NCBI GenBank assembly: GCA_001600815.1
Contig: BCKZ01000002.1
Span: 1,729,582-1,749,581, forward strand
DNA from: Alloascoidea hylecoeti
Taxonomy: Eukaryota
Direction: 5' to 3'
Length of the DNA: 20,000 bases
Shown here: one piece after another, positions 18,912-20,000 of the stretch
Position numbering within the stretch: the first letter of the stretch is position 1
How the letters are laid out: every line of letters begins with the position of its first letter
The notes under the pieces: model-generated
What the model was told of the DNA's origin: nothing
What the model saw: the letters and a program-made list of their open reading frames with translations, nothing else
The model's database searches: none
Translations under genes and position numbers: made by a program

Positions 18912-19276
18912 TTAGTATTGTTTATTGGCAACGTATTGAGCCTTCTCATTTTCATATCTCTTTTTATCAGCTTGAGCCTTTGCTTCGAAGGGAAGTTTCT
19001 CAGCTGGTGATAAAGCCTTCCAACGTTCACCAAGGAGTTTACCAACTTGACCAAAAGTTACATCTGGTTTCTCAGCTCTGATAACATCACGATTGGCATT
19101 AGCGAAGAACATATAAGCTGAAAGAGAACGTTTTGGAGCATCAGGATCTGGGTTGAATCAGTTGGTTAGTTAGCGCGTTGCAGAATAATAGTTAGAGCTT
19201 AATTTATTAACATACCCTTCTTCTTTCTGACGACCTTGGTTCTTCTTCTGGTTTTTTCGGACGCGTCTTTTGGCAT
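18912..19276 (-). CDS. NHP6: HMG-box chromatin protein Nhp6; exons 19276-19216 and 19147-18912, 98 aa
   Basis: Spliced product [67 protein letters not shown]...[11 protein letters not shown] is a classic Nhp6. Intron 19215-19148 (68 nt): GTATGT...GCTAACTAAC...CAG. Confidence 0.96.
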
Positions 19277-19692
19277 TCTAAAAAAAGGGGGTGAAAGTTA
19301 GAAGGGGAATTCTGGAGAACTGGATGGTGGTGGATGAAGATGGTTATGGCTGGTGGATATGCACGTGTTTGCGTGCATACCTTTATTTTGACTTACTTGG
19401 AATTGGCAGTAGATGGTTTTAACTATGACAGTAGCAGTATAGTTAGAGAGGAAGGTATTGTTAGGAGAAGGAGGCCAGCAACATAAATTTGTTTGCCTGT
19501 TGTCTGGGCAACACACATGACTGGCTTGGCATCACCCGGGTGGCCTCGGGAATAAGAGCTCATCCCGGAAGCCGAGAGATGTTGCGTCCGGATTTTCATC
19601 CTTTAATGCAACCAAGTTTTTATTTTTTTTGTGCAGTTTCATATATATTTCATAGATTATCTTTAAATTTACAAACACTGTTTTCACATGGT

Positions 19693-20000
19693 ATGCCTGC
19701 TATCAACACCTCCAATTTTAACCTGGTTTTATCGTGTCTGGGCGCATTCACTCTCTGTTACGGTTTTATATCATACTTCTTGAAAAACTCTTTGTACATC
19801 TCTGAACCGTTACCATGTGTTCTATTTGGTCTATTCTTCAACAAAGTCGGTTGGATCGTCCCCGAACAATATGGAAATGTTAGAGAAATCACCCTGGAGT
19901 TTAGTAGACTTGTTTTAGGAATACAATTATTTTTGGCCGGTTTTCAACTTCCATCAAAATATATATGGAAACATATTTGGGATATCGTCATTTTATTGAT
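19693..20000 (+). CDS. Alkali cation/H+ antiporter (CPA1, fungal Nha1/Sod2 family), 5' part, truncated by the window end
   Basis: MPAINTSNFNLVLSCLGAFTLCYGFISYFLKNSLYISEPLPCVLFGLFF...ITLEFSRLVLGIQLFLAGFQLPSKYIWKH has the family N-terminal signatures (SxFxKxxLYxxE; ExSRxVLxIQxFxxGxxLPxKY). The frame is open to the window end. Confidence 0.87.
   Translation, partial: MPAINTSNFNLVLSCLGAFTLCYGFISYFLKNSLYISEPLPCVLFGLFFNKVGWIVPEQYGNVREITLEFSRLVLGIQLFLAGFQLPSKYIWKHIWDIVILL

Noticed and set aside
19298..19516. 72-aa ORF upstream of NHP6
   Set aside because: Lies in the promoter/5' region with no recognisable features. It could be an incidental uORF but is unsupported.
1..20000. CRISPR arrays or prokaryotic defence systems
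   Set aside because: The sequence is eukaryotic and no repeat-spacer array is visible.

Overview
AT-rich eukaryotic DNA, most likely from a budding yeast: it has short 61-68 nt spliceosomal introns with TACTAAC-type branch points, and CTG appears to be read as Leu. Conserved genes lie at both ends. On the left are tRNA-His(GTG), a TDA3/BTN3-like FAD oxidoreductase (1 intron), the SNARE TLG1 and, divergent from it, SDC1/DPY-30 (2 introns, missed by the ORF track). On the right are NHP6 (1 intron) and a divergent, truncated Nha1/Sod2-family Na+/H+ antiporter (also missed by the ORF track). Between them is a ~13 kb gene-sparse segment. It holds a 1.63 kb quasi-palindrome (two 790-bp arms identical apart from N bases, 52-bp spacer) carrying two head-to-head copies of an acidic zinc-finger gene, two large divergent F-box genes, possible decayed gene relics and a small GC-richer island of nested repeats. 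The palindrome is the most striking structure, but mirrored N bases mean an assembly artefact must be excluded. All protein family calls come from motif recognition by eye; no searches were run.
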